DNA of 64,000 nt from Nemertoderma westbladi (Eukaryota; Animalia; Xenacoelomorpha): the NCBI GenBank assembly GCA_032718475.1, contig JAUCBJ010009099.1, positions 1 to 64,000 of the forward strand. Reading direction: 5' to 3'. Position numbers and translations under genes: made by a program. The notes below the pieces were generated by a model. The model did no database searches. It had not been told where the DNA came from and was given only the letters and a program-made list of their open reading frames with translations. This document shows, in pieces, positions 1 to 12,256 of the stretch. Each line of letters begins with the position of its first letter. Position 1 is the first letter of the stretch.

Positions 1-1204
1 TCTGTAGGCCTATATTCTGATCTGATATTACTGTAGGGCCTATTATAAAATGAGCTGATATCAGAGGATCGGCATCTGGGTGGGGTTGGGGTTGGGGGGT
101 AATTCAGTAATAAACTATTACTGTATTAGGCCTACCAAGTACCAACTGACCAATAGGCCTACCATAAATACAGAAATATAAACGTACCGTACCGTCTGAC
201 TGTTGTAGCAGAGAATTTCTGTGGTAATTTTCAAAAAACCCTCCCATGAGACAAGCCGTTCTTCTGTACAGGAATATCGATCCGTGAATAACCAATCAGC
301 TCACGGATCAAATTTCCTGTTATCATCAAGGCGTACTTGGTTTTCTTTTCAGACAGGAATTTTTGATCCATTCAGAAGGAGTTGCCCCCCACTTAATATT
401 ACTATACAAAGGCTGAAAGGAGCATGTTAGTAAAGTAGCAGGTTATAGAGGCGTGTTAAGGGAACCAATACAATAAAACGAAAGTTAACACATGTTACAA
501 TATTATACCATGTCCCGTAATATAGTGTCATTTTCAGATGACACGGACCCCCCCCCCCCCCCAGATTTTTCTATAAATCTTTATCATATTGCTTGAAATT
601 TGAAACACAACTAGTTCCACTCACCGTCGATGACCACATAAAGCCGGAATTTTCGATTTTGCCTTTGAATTTTTTATAAGCGTTTTAAAAAAGTGTCTTT
701 TACGAAATCGCACCCTCCGTATCGTGGAAATTCTTCACATTAGTCGTAATTTTTTCATATTATTAAAAAGCTTGCCTAGCAAGGATTCGGAATATGTAAC
801 AATATCTAAATTTCGCTGATAAACAGCTGAGATATAGGCGTTCAGAGATTGCAAGAAGTTATTGTTCGCTGAAGGCCATTTATTCTATTTACTAAATACA
901 CGATGTTCTGGAACATTTTGTTTAAGCATGAATAGTTACACAATATTATATTGGATAGGAATACCGCTGAAGATGCCAATCATGCATAAAATATGCATAT
1001 GCATAAAACAGGATAGGAATACCGCTGTTGCCAACCATCTTATAAAATAAATAACACATTCTAGACAACATACAGTATTTCATTTTGGCCCGTTTGCTGG
1101 GGGCTCTAAAATATAATGTTGGATGATCACCCTATTCACATTAGCCAATCATAGTCGAGTATTTTCTTATTCCAGCTACAATAATTGGAAAGCCTTATTC
1201 CCCC

Positions 1205-3975
1205 AGTGCTCAAATTGCCCCAGAAGATATCAAGGGTTACACATATAACACCAGTTCTAATAGAAATGGGTACTTACTTTTAGACCTAATGGAAGAATGT
1301 GAATTGATACCAACAAACACCACATTCGAAAAGAGTAAGGGGAAGCTATGGACCTTTCAATACCCTAATGGAACCAAAGCACAACTGGATTACATCCTTA
1401 TAAACAAAAAGTGGAGAAACAGCATGAACAGCAAAAACATGATCAACTGCGAGGCATACAGCTCGTTCAACCTAATTGGTTCGGACCACAGAATTGTGAC
1501 TGCAGAGATCAGACTCAGTTTGAGAGCCAGCAAACCCAGGACAAACAACCAAATCAACTATGACTGGGAGAAACGCAGAACTGACAATGCAGTAAAGGAT
1601 GCTTATACAGTAGAAGTTCAAAACCGCTTCGAAGCACTTCAGTCAATGGATGAAGACAAGTCCACCGATTCAATATACCAGAATATAATAACAGCCCACA
1701 AGGAATCAGCTAAGAGGCATATCCCCCAGAAACCCAAACGAAAACAGTATGTGCCATGGCAAAACTCTGAGGTTACTTGTAAGAGAGAAGATCTTAAGAT
1801 AGCCTACAAAGTAAAAACCGAACAACCATCAACCGAAAACATTAACAAGGTTGAGAAAGCTAAGGATGATCTTAAATTGGCCTACAACATCAGCCAGGAA
1901 AAGTACATACAGGATAAAATTGAAGCAATTACAACTGCTCACATACAGCAACAATCAAGACTTACCTGGCAAACTGTGAATGAGTTATCTGGTCGGAAAA
2001 GTTGTGCAAAGGGGCGCCTCAAAGCCGATAGTCCCGAAAAACGTGTGGGGAAGTGGAAAAATCACTTCAGCAACTTGCTTGGGCTGCCACCAAACATCGA
2101 GGTCAGCCCTACAAGGAAAATGACAAGACACTACCTATAGAGACAGGGGACTTCACACCTGCCGAACTCCAAAGAAGCATTAAAAGCATGTCCAATAATA
2201 AAGCGAGTGGATTAGATGAAATTCCAGCGGAGGTATGGAAAACAGGAGTGCTAAACAGACCATTATTGAATGTTTGCAACCGGATGTTAAAAGGGGAAAA
2301 GCCTCCACCAATTTGGACTAAAGGTCAACTAAAGCCTCTCCCCAAGAAAGGAGACCTCGGTATACCAACAAACTATCGTGGGATCTGTCTGCTTGTGGAA
2401 GCTACCCAAATATACAATAAAATGATTCTATATAGGATTAGGCCTCACATAGAGAAGCTACTGCGTAAGAGCCAAAACGGATTTCGACCAAGTAGATCAG
2501 CAATAGCTCAGATACTTGCACTTCGGAGACTGATTGAAGGAATTAAGTCAAAGAATCTCCCCGCAGTCATGACGTTTGTGGACTTCAAGAAGGCATTCGA
2601 CTCCATCCATAGAGGTAAAATGCTTGAAATCCTAAGAGCTTATGGAATACCAGAAGTAATAGTTGCTGGCATTGGATTGTACTTGACATTGTGTCAAGTA
2701 CAATGCACACATCTCCAACCAGACACTATATAACATTGGAGGTGTCTCATTGGTTCCCCCAAGCTTGACACTAGAACAAAATCGCCTCCGCTTTGCAGGA
2801 CATTGCTTTCGCCGTGAGGACCAGCCAGTGCATAATCTTGTACTTTGGCAGCCTCATGGAGTGAATAAGCATGGTGGACAGCCCATGACTTTCTTGAGAC
2901 GCATCTTAAAGGACACTGGCCTTAAAGATGCGGATGATCTAGCAAATGTCATGGGTGATAGGGAGTTGTGGCGGTGCAATTTTGTTGACAAGCCGGCACA
3001 GCATTCTTAAAAATGCAGCTGCAATGCAGCATGCCGATCCTAGTAGTAGTAGTATATTGTGACACAGAAGCACAGGTACTCTCACCAGATGGTGAAACTG
3101 AGTTTTTCTCAATCCTGGCTGGCGTACTGCAAGGTGACACATTAGCACCATTACTATTTGTAATTGTACTGGATTACGCAATGAGGACGGCCACAAAGGG
3201 TGAAGATCTGGGATTCACACTTCAAGAACGCAGAAGTAGTAGATATCCGGCAACTACAGTCACAGACACCGACTTTGCGAATGACATCGCCCTGCTCTCT
3301 AATACGCTAGCAGATGCACAGCTTCTACTAAATAAAGTGGAGAGGGCTGCTAAGAAGGTTGGATTGCAAATAAATGCTACCAAGACCGAATTCATGACTT
3401 TTAATGTTGATGGAAGCTTGACAACCATTGATAATAATCAACTAAGGAAGGTTGACGACTTCCAGTACCTCGGATCATGTATATAGAGTAGCAAAAAGGA
3501 CATAGAAGTTAGGAAAGCAAAGGCTTGGAACTCAGATCTCCCCAGGCACCTGAAGACTAAGTTCTTTCGAGCTACAGTGGAAAGTGTATTTTTATACGGG
3601 GGTGAGACCTGGACACTGACTAAATCACTTGAACAAAGAATTGATGGTTTCTACACAAGACTACTAAGGGCAGCCCTAAACATCAGCTGGAGACAACACA
3701 TGATAAATGCCGAGCTTTATGGTACAATACCACCTGTATCAACCACCCTCCGTGAACGCAGATTAAAATTCAGTGGGCACTGCCGGCGAAGTAAAGACGA
3801 GGTCATACCAGATCTACTTTTCTGGCAACCAACTCATGGAAAGCGTAGTCGCGCACGACCGGCCATATATAGATCAACTTGAAAGGGATACTGAACTTGG
3901 GAGAAATGAAATTGCGATAACTATGGAGAATCGGGAAGCCTGGAAGGATCTCATTTCCACTGTTCGGGGGGTTAT
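1205..3975 (+). mobile_element. Decayed non-LTR retrotransposon (RTE-like LINE): APE endonuclease C-terminus plus reverse transcriptase, frameshifted and interrupted by a nested insertion
   Basis: Endonuclease motifs QLDYILINKKW and SDHRIV. RT motifs KASGLDEIP, NYRGICLL, QNGFRPSR, FVDFKKAFDSI, GVLQGDTLAPLLF and DFQYLGS. The catalytic FADD reads DFAND. ORF is broken at about 2140, 2670, 3486 and 3880. Confidence 0.9.
2682..3054 (+). mobile_element. 5'-truncated 3' end of a second LINE family, nested inside the first LINE's RT
   Basis: Translation RLRFAGHCFRREDQPVHNLVLWQPHG parallels the host C-terminus RLKFSGHCRRSKDEVIPDLLFWQPTHG. It ends in a (TAG)n tail at 3041-3054, and the host RT resumes immediately (YCDTEAQVLSPDG). 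Confidence 0.8.
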
Positions 3976-3979
3976 TTTA

Positions 3980-4810
3980 TAATTTTTTAGATCTTGACTC
4001 AAAATTACAATTTTGTTGGTATAAGGGTTTTCGAGATCGCTTATTAAAAATATTTTCTGACAATGTAACCATCATTATTTTTGGCACTATTTTAGTCCCC
4101 TGGAAGAAAAGTAGGCCTACAGGTCCCCTGGACGAAAAGTAAAAGTACAGTAAAAAATGTCAAACTTAATTTTTTTGTGTTTGCTTTGATAATTCTGAGT
4201 TTTTGAGGTCGCTGATCACGATGAAACTAGTTATAAATATTTCTGGTAACACAAACCCAATTTTGGTGCCATTCTGATGTCCAAGAACGAAAGGTACAGT
4301 ACAAATAGTAAAAAATTACAAACTGTTTATTATTGCCTTTGATTAGGTAATTGAGAAGCTACCCTAAAGCTATGCGAGATTTCAAGGTCGCTGATCATGA
4401 TATAACTCGTTAAAAATCATTCGTGGTCACGCAACTAGCAATTTTGTTGCTTGTCTAGTGGGACGAAAAATACAAGTAACGCCAGGCCGTGAAGTGGAAC
4501 TGTGGATTAGAATCCATACAGTAGAGTACTACTGTAGTAGAGAACTTGAGAAAGTTCGAAACAAGTTCGATTTGATCTGGAATAAAAAGTTCGCGAGGTA
4601 TTTGCCCGTAACTTTCAAAAATATTTGAACTTCTTTTTCTCTAGTATGCCCATACAAAATTTGATTGAAAATTGTTAAAATCTTCAAAAGTTATTTACGA
4701 ATGAATTTTTCATAAGAGACGGACAGACAGACGGACATGCAATTTTGCCCTATTTACTAATTATAATTGTGCGCTAAAGGCTCGCCCTGACTGCGTAGCT
4801 CGCCCCACAC
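3980..4810. mobile_element. Probable non-autonomous Helentron/DINE-like repeat
   Basis: Repeated ttttgaggtcgctgatcacgat-like motifs (about 4030, 4201, 4381) and a gacggacagacagacggac microsatellite core. A similar architecture occurs at about 10440-10700. Family assignment is from recalled architecture only. Confidence 0.4.
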
Positions 4811-5828
4811 TCCTGTTGTTTATTGCCTCTTTTTGTGCCGCTACTGATTGTTTGATTGCTGATTGGACTAACTTATTAACTTACTTCTACTTGCATACCC
4901 CCTGATTGATGTGGATAAAAACTCAGTCCCTACAGTAGGCTACCACAGACCAAGACTACAGTACACATACATACTTGGCGTCTGTGTGTGTAGGGTGTAG
5001 GCTTGTACTCAATATCCGGTTAGACTAAGGCCACCTATGGCCTTGAGTTATAGACCAATACAGTAAGCCACAATAAGGCCACAATATGACCTGAAAGGGT
5101 ACACCATCTCCCTTAATATGAAAACCATTTATAGGGGTTTTTAGGTTTTTTTTTACTTAATTCTAGAATATTAATTAGGCATAATGAAGAAACAAGATGG
5201 AGAGTTTTAAACTGTTAAAAGCTCAACTAAATAATAATTACTATTCTAAAATAAAGACAAAAATAATCTTTAAAATTATAGCGATTTATGTCTAAAAATT
5301 TATACCTTAGTATTTTTAGTATATCTCTGACAAGTTTTGGTGAAATTTAAAACGGTTTTCAGATTCGGAATCTGCAGATGAAGGCGGTTTCAATGATATC
5401 TAGATTACAATCCAAGACAAAAAATAGAGCCGACTGGGGTGGCTAAATATTGCTAAAAATGTTTTTTTTTACCGGCTTGTTGTAGGTTGTAGCCTATCGA
5501 TATACTGTAGCTCAGAAATTGAAAATCCGGCTCTGCCAGCTGTAAGAAAAATTGTTTAACTTTCATAATACCCAATTTCGTATCATATGATTGAAATTTT
5601 TAAAATTTAGGTGGGTGGGGGGCGGTCCGACCCCCTAAAAATGGTTGTTGTATTAATTAAAGGATATTATGGTGTATTAAAGATTGTATTTCCCGCCGTT
5701 GGCCGAACACGGTTACCTTGGTAATGTAAATAAACAGGATAGGCAACTATCTAAGTTTGGCTACCAGTACCGGTACTACTCCTGGCACTCTTTCCCGTTT
5801 CTACATCACCGTCAGTGGCCAGCATACC

Positions 5829-6787
5829 GGTACGTACTAAAAGGTAGAACGATCTATAACGGGCTATAATTTTCTATAAACAAGCTATAACCACCTATAA
5901 CGAGCTATAATATGAAAATTTACAATAAAAAAACATATTTTAGCATGGATTTATTTTCCTAGTCAGTAATTTAATTAAGCAATTTGGTTTTTTTAGTCCA
6001 TACTGCTTTTCATCTTTTTGGTATCATGAAATCAGTCATTACTTCATTAGTCAGCATATATATTCATTAGTCAGGTACCACCCCCCCCCCCCCCCCCCCC
6101 CCCCCCAGTGCTGTAGTATTCTTTGGGATAGTAATAATTCATAGTCTAGTCCCCGTCCCATGGTTTATTCGCGCATCAACGTAAGGCTGATAACTGGTTT
6201 GCTTGTCGTTCTCCTCCGATCCGGGTTTCTCCCGACTCTTCACTGCTTCACCGCACTATAAGAACATCTCGAATATAACCAACAAATGTTGAAATTTTAC
6301 CGGTGGAGATGTGACGCCGTGGTTCCGGCTCCGGGATGCCGGGAAAATCTGCAATAAGATATTATATATTCTGTTATTGTTACTGTGAGAGTATTGGCCT
6401 GACACGGAACGACGGGAGCGGTAAGCAGTAGGCCTAAGTAGTAGTGTAGTACGTCGATATGCTGATATAGGCGTTGTGTTGTAGTCGATATAGAATAAGT
6501 GAGCAATATAGGCCAATAAAAAAACGAACCAGTACTAACTGCAGTAGGCCTATCAATTAGGCATAGGCCTACCCTAATTTTTAACCTGCGGTATTTTTCA
6601 CATCCGCCGTGCGAATCCAAAAGTTAAACACACCCTATGGGCGTTTTTTAATGTAAATTTTCATATTATAGCTCGTTATAGGTGGTTATAGCTTGTTTAT
6701 AGGAATTTATAGCCCGTTATAGATCATTATAGCCCGTTATAGATCGTTATAGCCCGTTATAAATCGTTCTACCTTTTAGTACGTACC
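5829..6787. mobile_element. Non-autonomous Mutator-like (MULE) element with long TIRs and 9-bp TSD
   Basis: TIR of more than 100 bp, GGTACGTACTAAAAGGTAGAACGATCTATAACGGGCTATAA... and ...CGTTCTACCTTTTAGTACGTACC. Exact 9-bp direct repeat CAGCATACC at 5820-5828 and 6788-6796. Confidence 0.88.
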
Positions 6788-7589
6788 CAGCATACCAGCA
6801 CCAACCAATTAATACTAATAACTGCTGACTGCTGGCTGCTGTGACGGCTGCACAACTCATTCAACAATTCATTAAAACGTTCGCTTCATCGTTGATCCGT
6901 CTGTGCGAATAGTTTACCGATTGCGTGTAAAATTCGTATATCGCATGTGAGATAAAGATTCACCGCGACACATTTGTCAAATTATTTATTCACTACATTC
7001 GTTCGTGGGGCTTGCGAGACGATTAACGAAATCAGAATTACTGACTAATACGAATGGACGATGATTCACGTGTAATTTTGTGTATGGTGCGACGGTGCGT
7101 ACACTAATAATAAATAACATATCATTTTTATATATACAGTTATTTAGTTTAGTAGCCTAAGGCCTACAGTACTCATGCACGTCACTTGTTTACTGATATA
7201 AATATTTAAAACAGTAGGAATGGTTATTTTTAGGTCCGCTTAGCGAGCACTCAGTAAGCACTAGTAAGCACTCAGTTTGTTGTTCTTCTCGTTTATTGGT
7301 GGGAATTCGAGATATCGGGTTAAATCCCACATTTAGATGTATAAGGCCAATGGTTTTTCACAGAAAATATTTCGGGTTTGTAAAATTGGTTTTAATTGAA
7401 ACTTGAAAGCCTGTTTAGGGTGGTAGTAAGATATTCAAGGAGGAGTAAGTTCCTGCGTTATTAGACGTGGACCTTTTAGGTGAGTCATCTAGCCAGAAAA
7501 GTGGGTCAACGCAACCCATAACAAATTCAATAAATACAAATAGATAAGGGTCTAGGTAATAGATACGGTAAAAATAATTTAATTAATTT

Positions 7590-7628
7590 AAGTGAGTACT
7601 TTCTGGCCTAGGCCTTTCTTCAGACTCT
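7590..7628 (-). ncRNA. Minimal hammerhead-ribozyme-like motif (Penelope-associated)
   Basis: Minus strand reads GAGU CUGAAGA AAGGCCUAGGCCA GAAA GUAC UC ACUU. It has the conserved CUGANGA, GAAA and UH core, a palindromic stem III AGUACU and stem I GAGU/ACUU. It lies about 370 nt downstream of a co-oriented GIY-YIG ORF. Confidence 0.6.
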
Positions 7629-7997
7629 ATATAAACTGATAAACACTAAACCGAACTGTAAAATTACACTGCACAACAGTAAATAACAAAGTTACCGGTA
7701 CCTCTAAAGTACTGTATGTATTAGGATAAGGCACATAGTGGGGCGAGCACAAAATAGGTGGTAAAATATAATTGCATATATTATTAGAAGGGTATAGCGA
7801 AAAATCATAAAAATATGGAGATACAAAAATTTCTATCTATTTACACTATTATAAATCGGTTGTTTACAAATTTCTAACTATTTACACTAAGGAATTACAA
7901 ATCGATGGGTTAATAGTACATATTAAAATTGTGTTTTATTTACTTATAATATTTACAACTATATTACACAAAGATCCAATAGACAATACTACTGTAT

Positions 7998-8320
7998 TTA
8001 TAACGATGGCAATATTTTATTTAATGGGGGCCTATAACTATTAATCAGGTAACTTTCGACACATAAGCGTTGGAGGTCGTCTCTACAGTCCTTAAATGCT
8101 ACAACTTTAAGGTTGTCTAATGTAAACCGATTAAAGTGTTCCAGTAAAAGTTGTTCTGGTTCCGGACAAGTGGAATTGGGATCGTCAGAGAACACAAAAT
8201 CACGAATCCTAGACCTATGTCCATTAAGTCTCAGATGTAGGCGCTGCAGGGTCTGTCCTAAATAGTACTGGTCCTTATGTATATTGCACCAAGCGAAATA
8301 TATTAATCTATCTAATCTTC
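7998..8320 (-). mobile_element. Penelope-like element remnant, GIY-YIG endonuclease domain
   Basis: Extending ORF 7998-8195 upstream gives LIYFAWCNIHKDQYYLGQTLQRLHLRLNGHRS...LLLEHF...VESYLINSYRPPLNK. This matches the GIY-YIG pattern IY..C...YxGxT...R...H...E...LN. Confidence 0.8.
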
Positions 8321-8344
8321 TGTAGATGTAATAGATTACAAAAC

Positions 8345-8850
8345 TGCCAGCTCAGTGCCACTAACTGTCCGCTCAGTGCCACCAACTGTCCGCTCAGAGC
8401 CACCAACTGTCCGCTCAGGGCCACCAACTGTCCGCTCAGGGCCACCAACTGTCCGCTCAGGGCCACCAACTGTCCGCTCAGAGCCACCAACTGTCCGCTC
8501 AGTGCCACCAACTGTCCGCTCAGGGCCACCAACTGTCCGCTCAGTGCCACCAACTGTCCGCTCAGTGCCACCAACTGTCCGCTCAGGGCCACCAACTGTC
8601 CGCTCAGTGCCACCAACTGTCCGCTCAGAGCCACCAACTGTCCGCTCAGAGCCACCAACTGTCCGCTCAGTGCCACCAACTGTCCGCTCAGGGCCACCAA
8701 CTGTCCGCTCATTGCCACCAACTGTCCGCTCAGGGCCACCAACTGTCCGCTCAGTGCCACCAACTGTCCGCTCAGAGCCACCAACTGCCAGCTCAGTGCC
8801 ACTAACAGAACTGTCCGCTCAGGGCCACCAACTGTCCGCTCAGAGCCACT
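8345..8850. repeat. 21-bp minisatellite CCACCAACTGTCCGCTCAG(T/A/G)G, about 23 copies
   Basis: Directly visible tandem unit; it abuts the GIY-YIG remnant. Confidence 0.95.
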
Positions 8851-9073
8851 ATAGATTGGTTATGGCATCAAAGTATCTGAGAGTTTTGTTCCTAGTTCTG
8901 GACCTTTTTTTGAGAAAATCGTTCTTGTAAATATTTACGATATTTTGTTGCACCTTTTAATTTACGACAAGCCGCTAAATCTGAACGAATATCGTTTTTA
9001 TTCATTAATCATTACAGTTTATGAATCTTATATAACAAAACTTTTTTGATTATTTAAATTATTTATTGCAATC

Positions 9074-9339
9074 ATGTCTTATGTTCGTCCATATAACCCG
9101 AATGTGAGGGTTGGGAATTGGTTTGAGGATTTAGCGTTAGAAGAAGATTTAATGAAAGATTTTTTGGCTAAAAGAGAAAATGGTGAGCTGCTTTATCAGA
9201 AGAAGCAGGCAGCCATGGCAGCGAAGGCTAAAGTAGTTGAGGGGATATCATTGGCAAAAACAAGTTTGTCGACTACTTCAGATGGTAATGTTCATTTCGG
9301 CGACTGTGTCATGGTTCTCAATGAGGGAGATACTGACAG
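9074..9339 (+). CDS. CFAP161: Cilia- and flagella-associated protein 161, exon 1
   Basis: YNPNVRVGNWFEDLALEEDLMKDFLAKRENGELL...DGNVHFGDCVMVLN matches the CFAP161 N-terminus. Donor AG|GTTGGT at 9340 is phase 2 and compatible with exon 2. Confidence 0.85.
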
Positions 9340-9464
9340 GTTGGTTCCTAAAGATGGAGACAAAAATTACTTTATGTACCTGAGCAAGAAAAGGGTTGGG
9401 TTGTGAGAGTTTGGACCTTACAGTATGCTATTAGTTAGAATCCTTTCCCTTGGTTATTACGTTT

Positions 9465-9606
9465 TATTTATATATTATATTATGTTATATTATATATTAT
9501 TTATATATTATATTATGTTATATTATATATTATTTATATATTATATTATGTTTATTATATTATATTATATATTATTTTATATTATATTATATTACTGTTT
9601 ATTATA
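9465..9606. repeat. AT-rich low-complexity (TATTA)n tract in CFAP161 intron 1
   Basis: Visible degenerate tattata repeats. Confidence 0.85.
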
Positions 9607-9892
9607 ATTTTTGTTGCGCCACAGCTGGCATTGGCGCCCGGCTCTATAATCCATACCGATAGCACCTCATAAAGGGGGGTAGACCTGGAAATACAACCCG
9701 AAATCTCGTACTGTACAGTATGCTGCAATACCATTGATCTGTAGCCATTGTGCTCAACCGTAATGTATGTGTATGTAATTTGCCGTCTTATCCACTCACC
9801 TACAATTTGCTAAATGAAATTAAAAAAATATAATAATAGGAAGCCACACATTCACCCCAAATAGTAATAATAATCTGTTTATTATCCGGCAG

Positions 9893-10142
9893 ACGCAAGT
9901 ATTTCGCTTCTGTGGATCCCCGAGATACGAATACGTTGTGTGTAAATCCATCACCCGTGGAAGGAAGCGATAGGGTAGAACTCCCGGTAGGAGCCATGGT
10001 CAACACAGACCCCAATTCTAGGAACGTATTCCAGATCCAATCGGTAGATGGTACTCCAGATGGCTCTCCTCTGACATTTGGGCAGAATTTCACTTTGGCT
10101 ATTCCGAATACTGACTTGCGTTTATTCTCAGACGTCGCTTCT
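9893..10142 (+). CDS. CFAP161: CFAP161 exon 2
   Basis: Acceptor ccggcag|A completes AGA. Translation ...RNVFQIQSVDG...LTFGQNFTL...LRLFSDVAS. Donor TCT|GTAAGT is phase 0. Confidence 0.85.
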
Positions 10143-10189
10143 GTAAGTCTTGTGTACAACTCGACATTCTATGTAATATATACCGTGCG

Positions 10190-10270
10190 GATCCCCTAAA
10201 GGGCATTTTGAAAAAATGTATCTAGACCGCTCTAGATACATTTTTTTCACAATGTCCCTTTAGGGGCTCC
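10190..10270. repeat. Near-perfect ~80-nt inverted repeat (hairpin) in CFAP161 intron 2
   Basis: CCCCTAAAGGGCATTTTGAAAAAATGTATCTAGA-ccgc-TCTAGATACATTTTTTTCACAATGTCCCTTTAGGGG. Confidence 0.85.
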
Positions 10271-11069
10271 GTAAATATAATAAATATAATAGTCAATATA
10301 TAGAAATAAGTAAATTAAATATACTCGAAAATGTTGTAGATTTAGTTTAATGGGGCTAGAACAAGGTGTACTAAATAACATTAATGACATTAAACATTAA
10401 ATAACATATTGAAAATTTTAGCTACGTGGTGAGCTTTCTTATTTTTTGATAGACAGACAGACATACAAACAGACATACATATAGTCCAGTTTCCGTCAAA
10501 CATGAAAACTGACTTCGGAAATGAACTCAGCGACCATGAAAACTCCTCTAATGAAATTTTTATCTAGGTGAGGTATTTCCTTATGTTTTTACCGACAGAC
10601 AGACAGACAAACATACATTCTAAATACCGTCAAAAATAGCAACTGGTATCGGAAATGGAAGCATCGACTACGAAAACCCCCATAGGAGTAATTTTAGTAA
10701 TGTTGCTTTGAAGTGTTTTGTTCACCCTCCAACTTTAATGACAATTTTCAGCCTCCAATAATTGGAGGCCAATTCTCGCTGCATGACCTGTTATTTAGTA
10801 CGCCTGGGCTTGCGGCAAAGTAAGCGTGCTTATCGTACCAGCTGATACTGCTCTTTCAATCGTTGTGTGTTGGTCCCCAAACGTTTGAAGGCTTAATAAC
10901 TCAGTAAATATTTGATGAAATTCAACCAAACGTACGCCGTCCTACACGCGATTACGTCTATTCCTACAATAAATCGGTACTGATTGAGCCCCTATATTTA
11001 CCGGTCTCTGAACAGATTTTCATTTGATTTTATTTAAATTGCTTTTTTTTATTTTTTACTAATATTAAC

Positions 11070-11109
11070 ACCACTGAAGACGCCTGTAAGGGTGAAATGC
11101 GCATATGTA
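11070..11109 (+). ncRNA. Minimal hammerhead-like motif with decayed stem I, on the sense strand of CFAP161 intron 2
   Basis: CUGAAGA C GCCU-GUAA-GGGU GAAA UGCGCA UA. It has the same palindromic stem III (AUGCGCAU) and similar flanks as the 48513 copy. Confidence 0.55.
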
Positions 11110-11434
11110 CGATAAACTAGTATTTGTTAATTGATCCTAGAGCCTCACCTACCCCCTTATAGTCTCCTAATACGGAGCCCCCCATAATCTTAATGAACAC
11201 GCCACGCTCGATGTCATTTAGAAACGTTAAATACCTAAATATAAACCAAACTTGTAACACATGTAGTCTATCGAAAGTTTGGATGCAATTTGCGTCTCCA
11301 ATCTGCCTGATAGAGAATGTCTACGCAACGGTTGAAATGGCGGTACCCAAGCTGACTTTCTTTGTCCTGTGATTCCTTAAGTTGAGCTGATAGAGTTACA
11401 ACTATTAATCTTATTAATCTTATATTAATTTCAG

Positions 11435-11511
11435 TTATTCACCAACCCGAATCCTGTTAGATCCCAAGACCTGAAGATGGCAAGCGATAATCGCTACCTA
11501 ACGCACTGGAT
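11435..11511 (+). CDS. CFAP161: CFAP161 exon 3
   Basis: Acceptor taatttcag|. Translation LFTNPNPVRSQDLKMASDNRYLTHW plus AT. Donor AT|GTAAGT is phase 2 and joins exon 4 in frame. Confidence 0.8.
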
Positions 11512-12256
11512 GTAAGTATGTAACGTATTGGGTGTAACAATACAACGCACTGGATGTAAGTATGTAACGTATTGGGTGTAACAATACAACACACTGGATA
11601 TAAGTACGTAACGTATTGGGTGTAACAATACAACACACTGGATGTAAGTATGTAACGTATTGGGTGTAACAATACAACGCACTGGATGTAAGTACGTAAC
11701 GTATTGGGTGTAACAATACAACGCACTGGATGTAAGTATGTAACGTATTGGGTGTAACAATACAACGCACTGGATGTAAGTATGTAACGTATTGGGTGTA
11801 ACAATACAACGCACTGGGTATAAGTATGTAACGTATTGGGTGTAACAATACAACGCACTGGATGTAAGTATGTAACGTATTGGGTGTAACAATACAACGC
11901 ACTGGATGTAAGTATGTAACGTATTGGGTGTAACAATACAACGCACTGGGTATAAGTATGTAACGTATTGGGTGTAACAATACAACGCACTGGATGTAAG
12001 TATGTAACTTATTGGGTGTAACAATACAACGCACTGGATGTAAGTATGTAACGTATTGGGTGTAACAATACAACGCACTGGATGTAAGTATGTAACGTAT
12101 TGGGTGTAACAATACAACGCACTGGGTATAAGTATGTAACGTATTGGGTGTAACAATACAACGCACTGGATGTAAGTATGTAACGTATTGGGTGTAACAA
12201 TACAACGCACTGGATGTAAGTATGTAACGTATTGGGTATAATAATACAATGCACTG
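11500..12256 (+). repeat. 44-bp tandem array (17 units) straddling the exon 3 splice donor of CFAP161
   Basis: Unit AACGCACTGGAT|GTAAGTATGTAACGTATTGGGTGTAACAATAC is 12 exonic plus 32 intronic nt. 11500 to 12248 is 748 nt, or 17 x 44. Confidence 0.95.

Noticed and set aside
962-1010. Fourth hammerhead-like motif (ccgCTGAAGAtgcc...aaaatatgcata)
   Set aside because: The GAAA box and stem II are not intact; at best a heavily decayed copy.
8308-8930. PPTVRS and VALSGQL repeat ORFs
   Set aside because: A 21-bp minisatellite that is open on both strands by chance, with no flanking gene structure.
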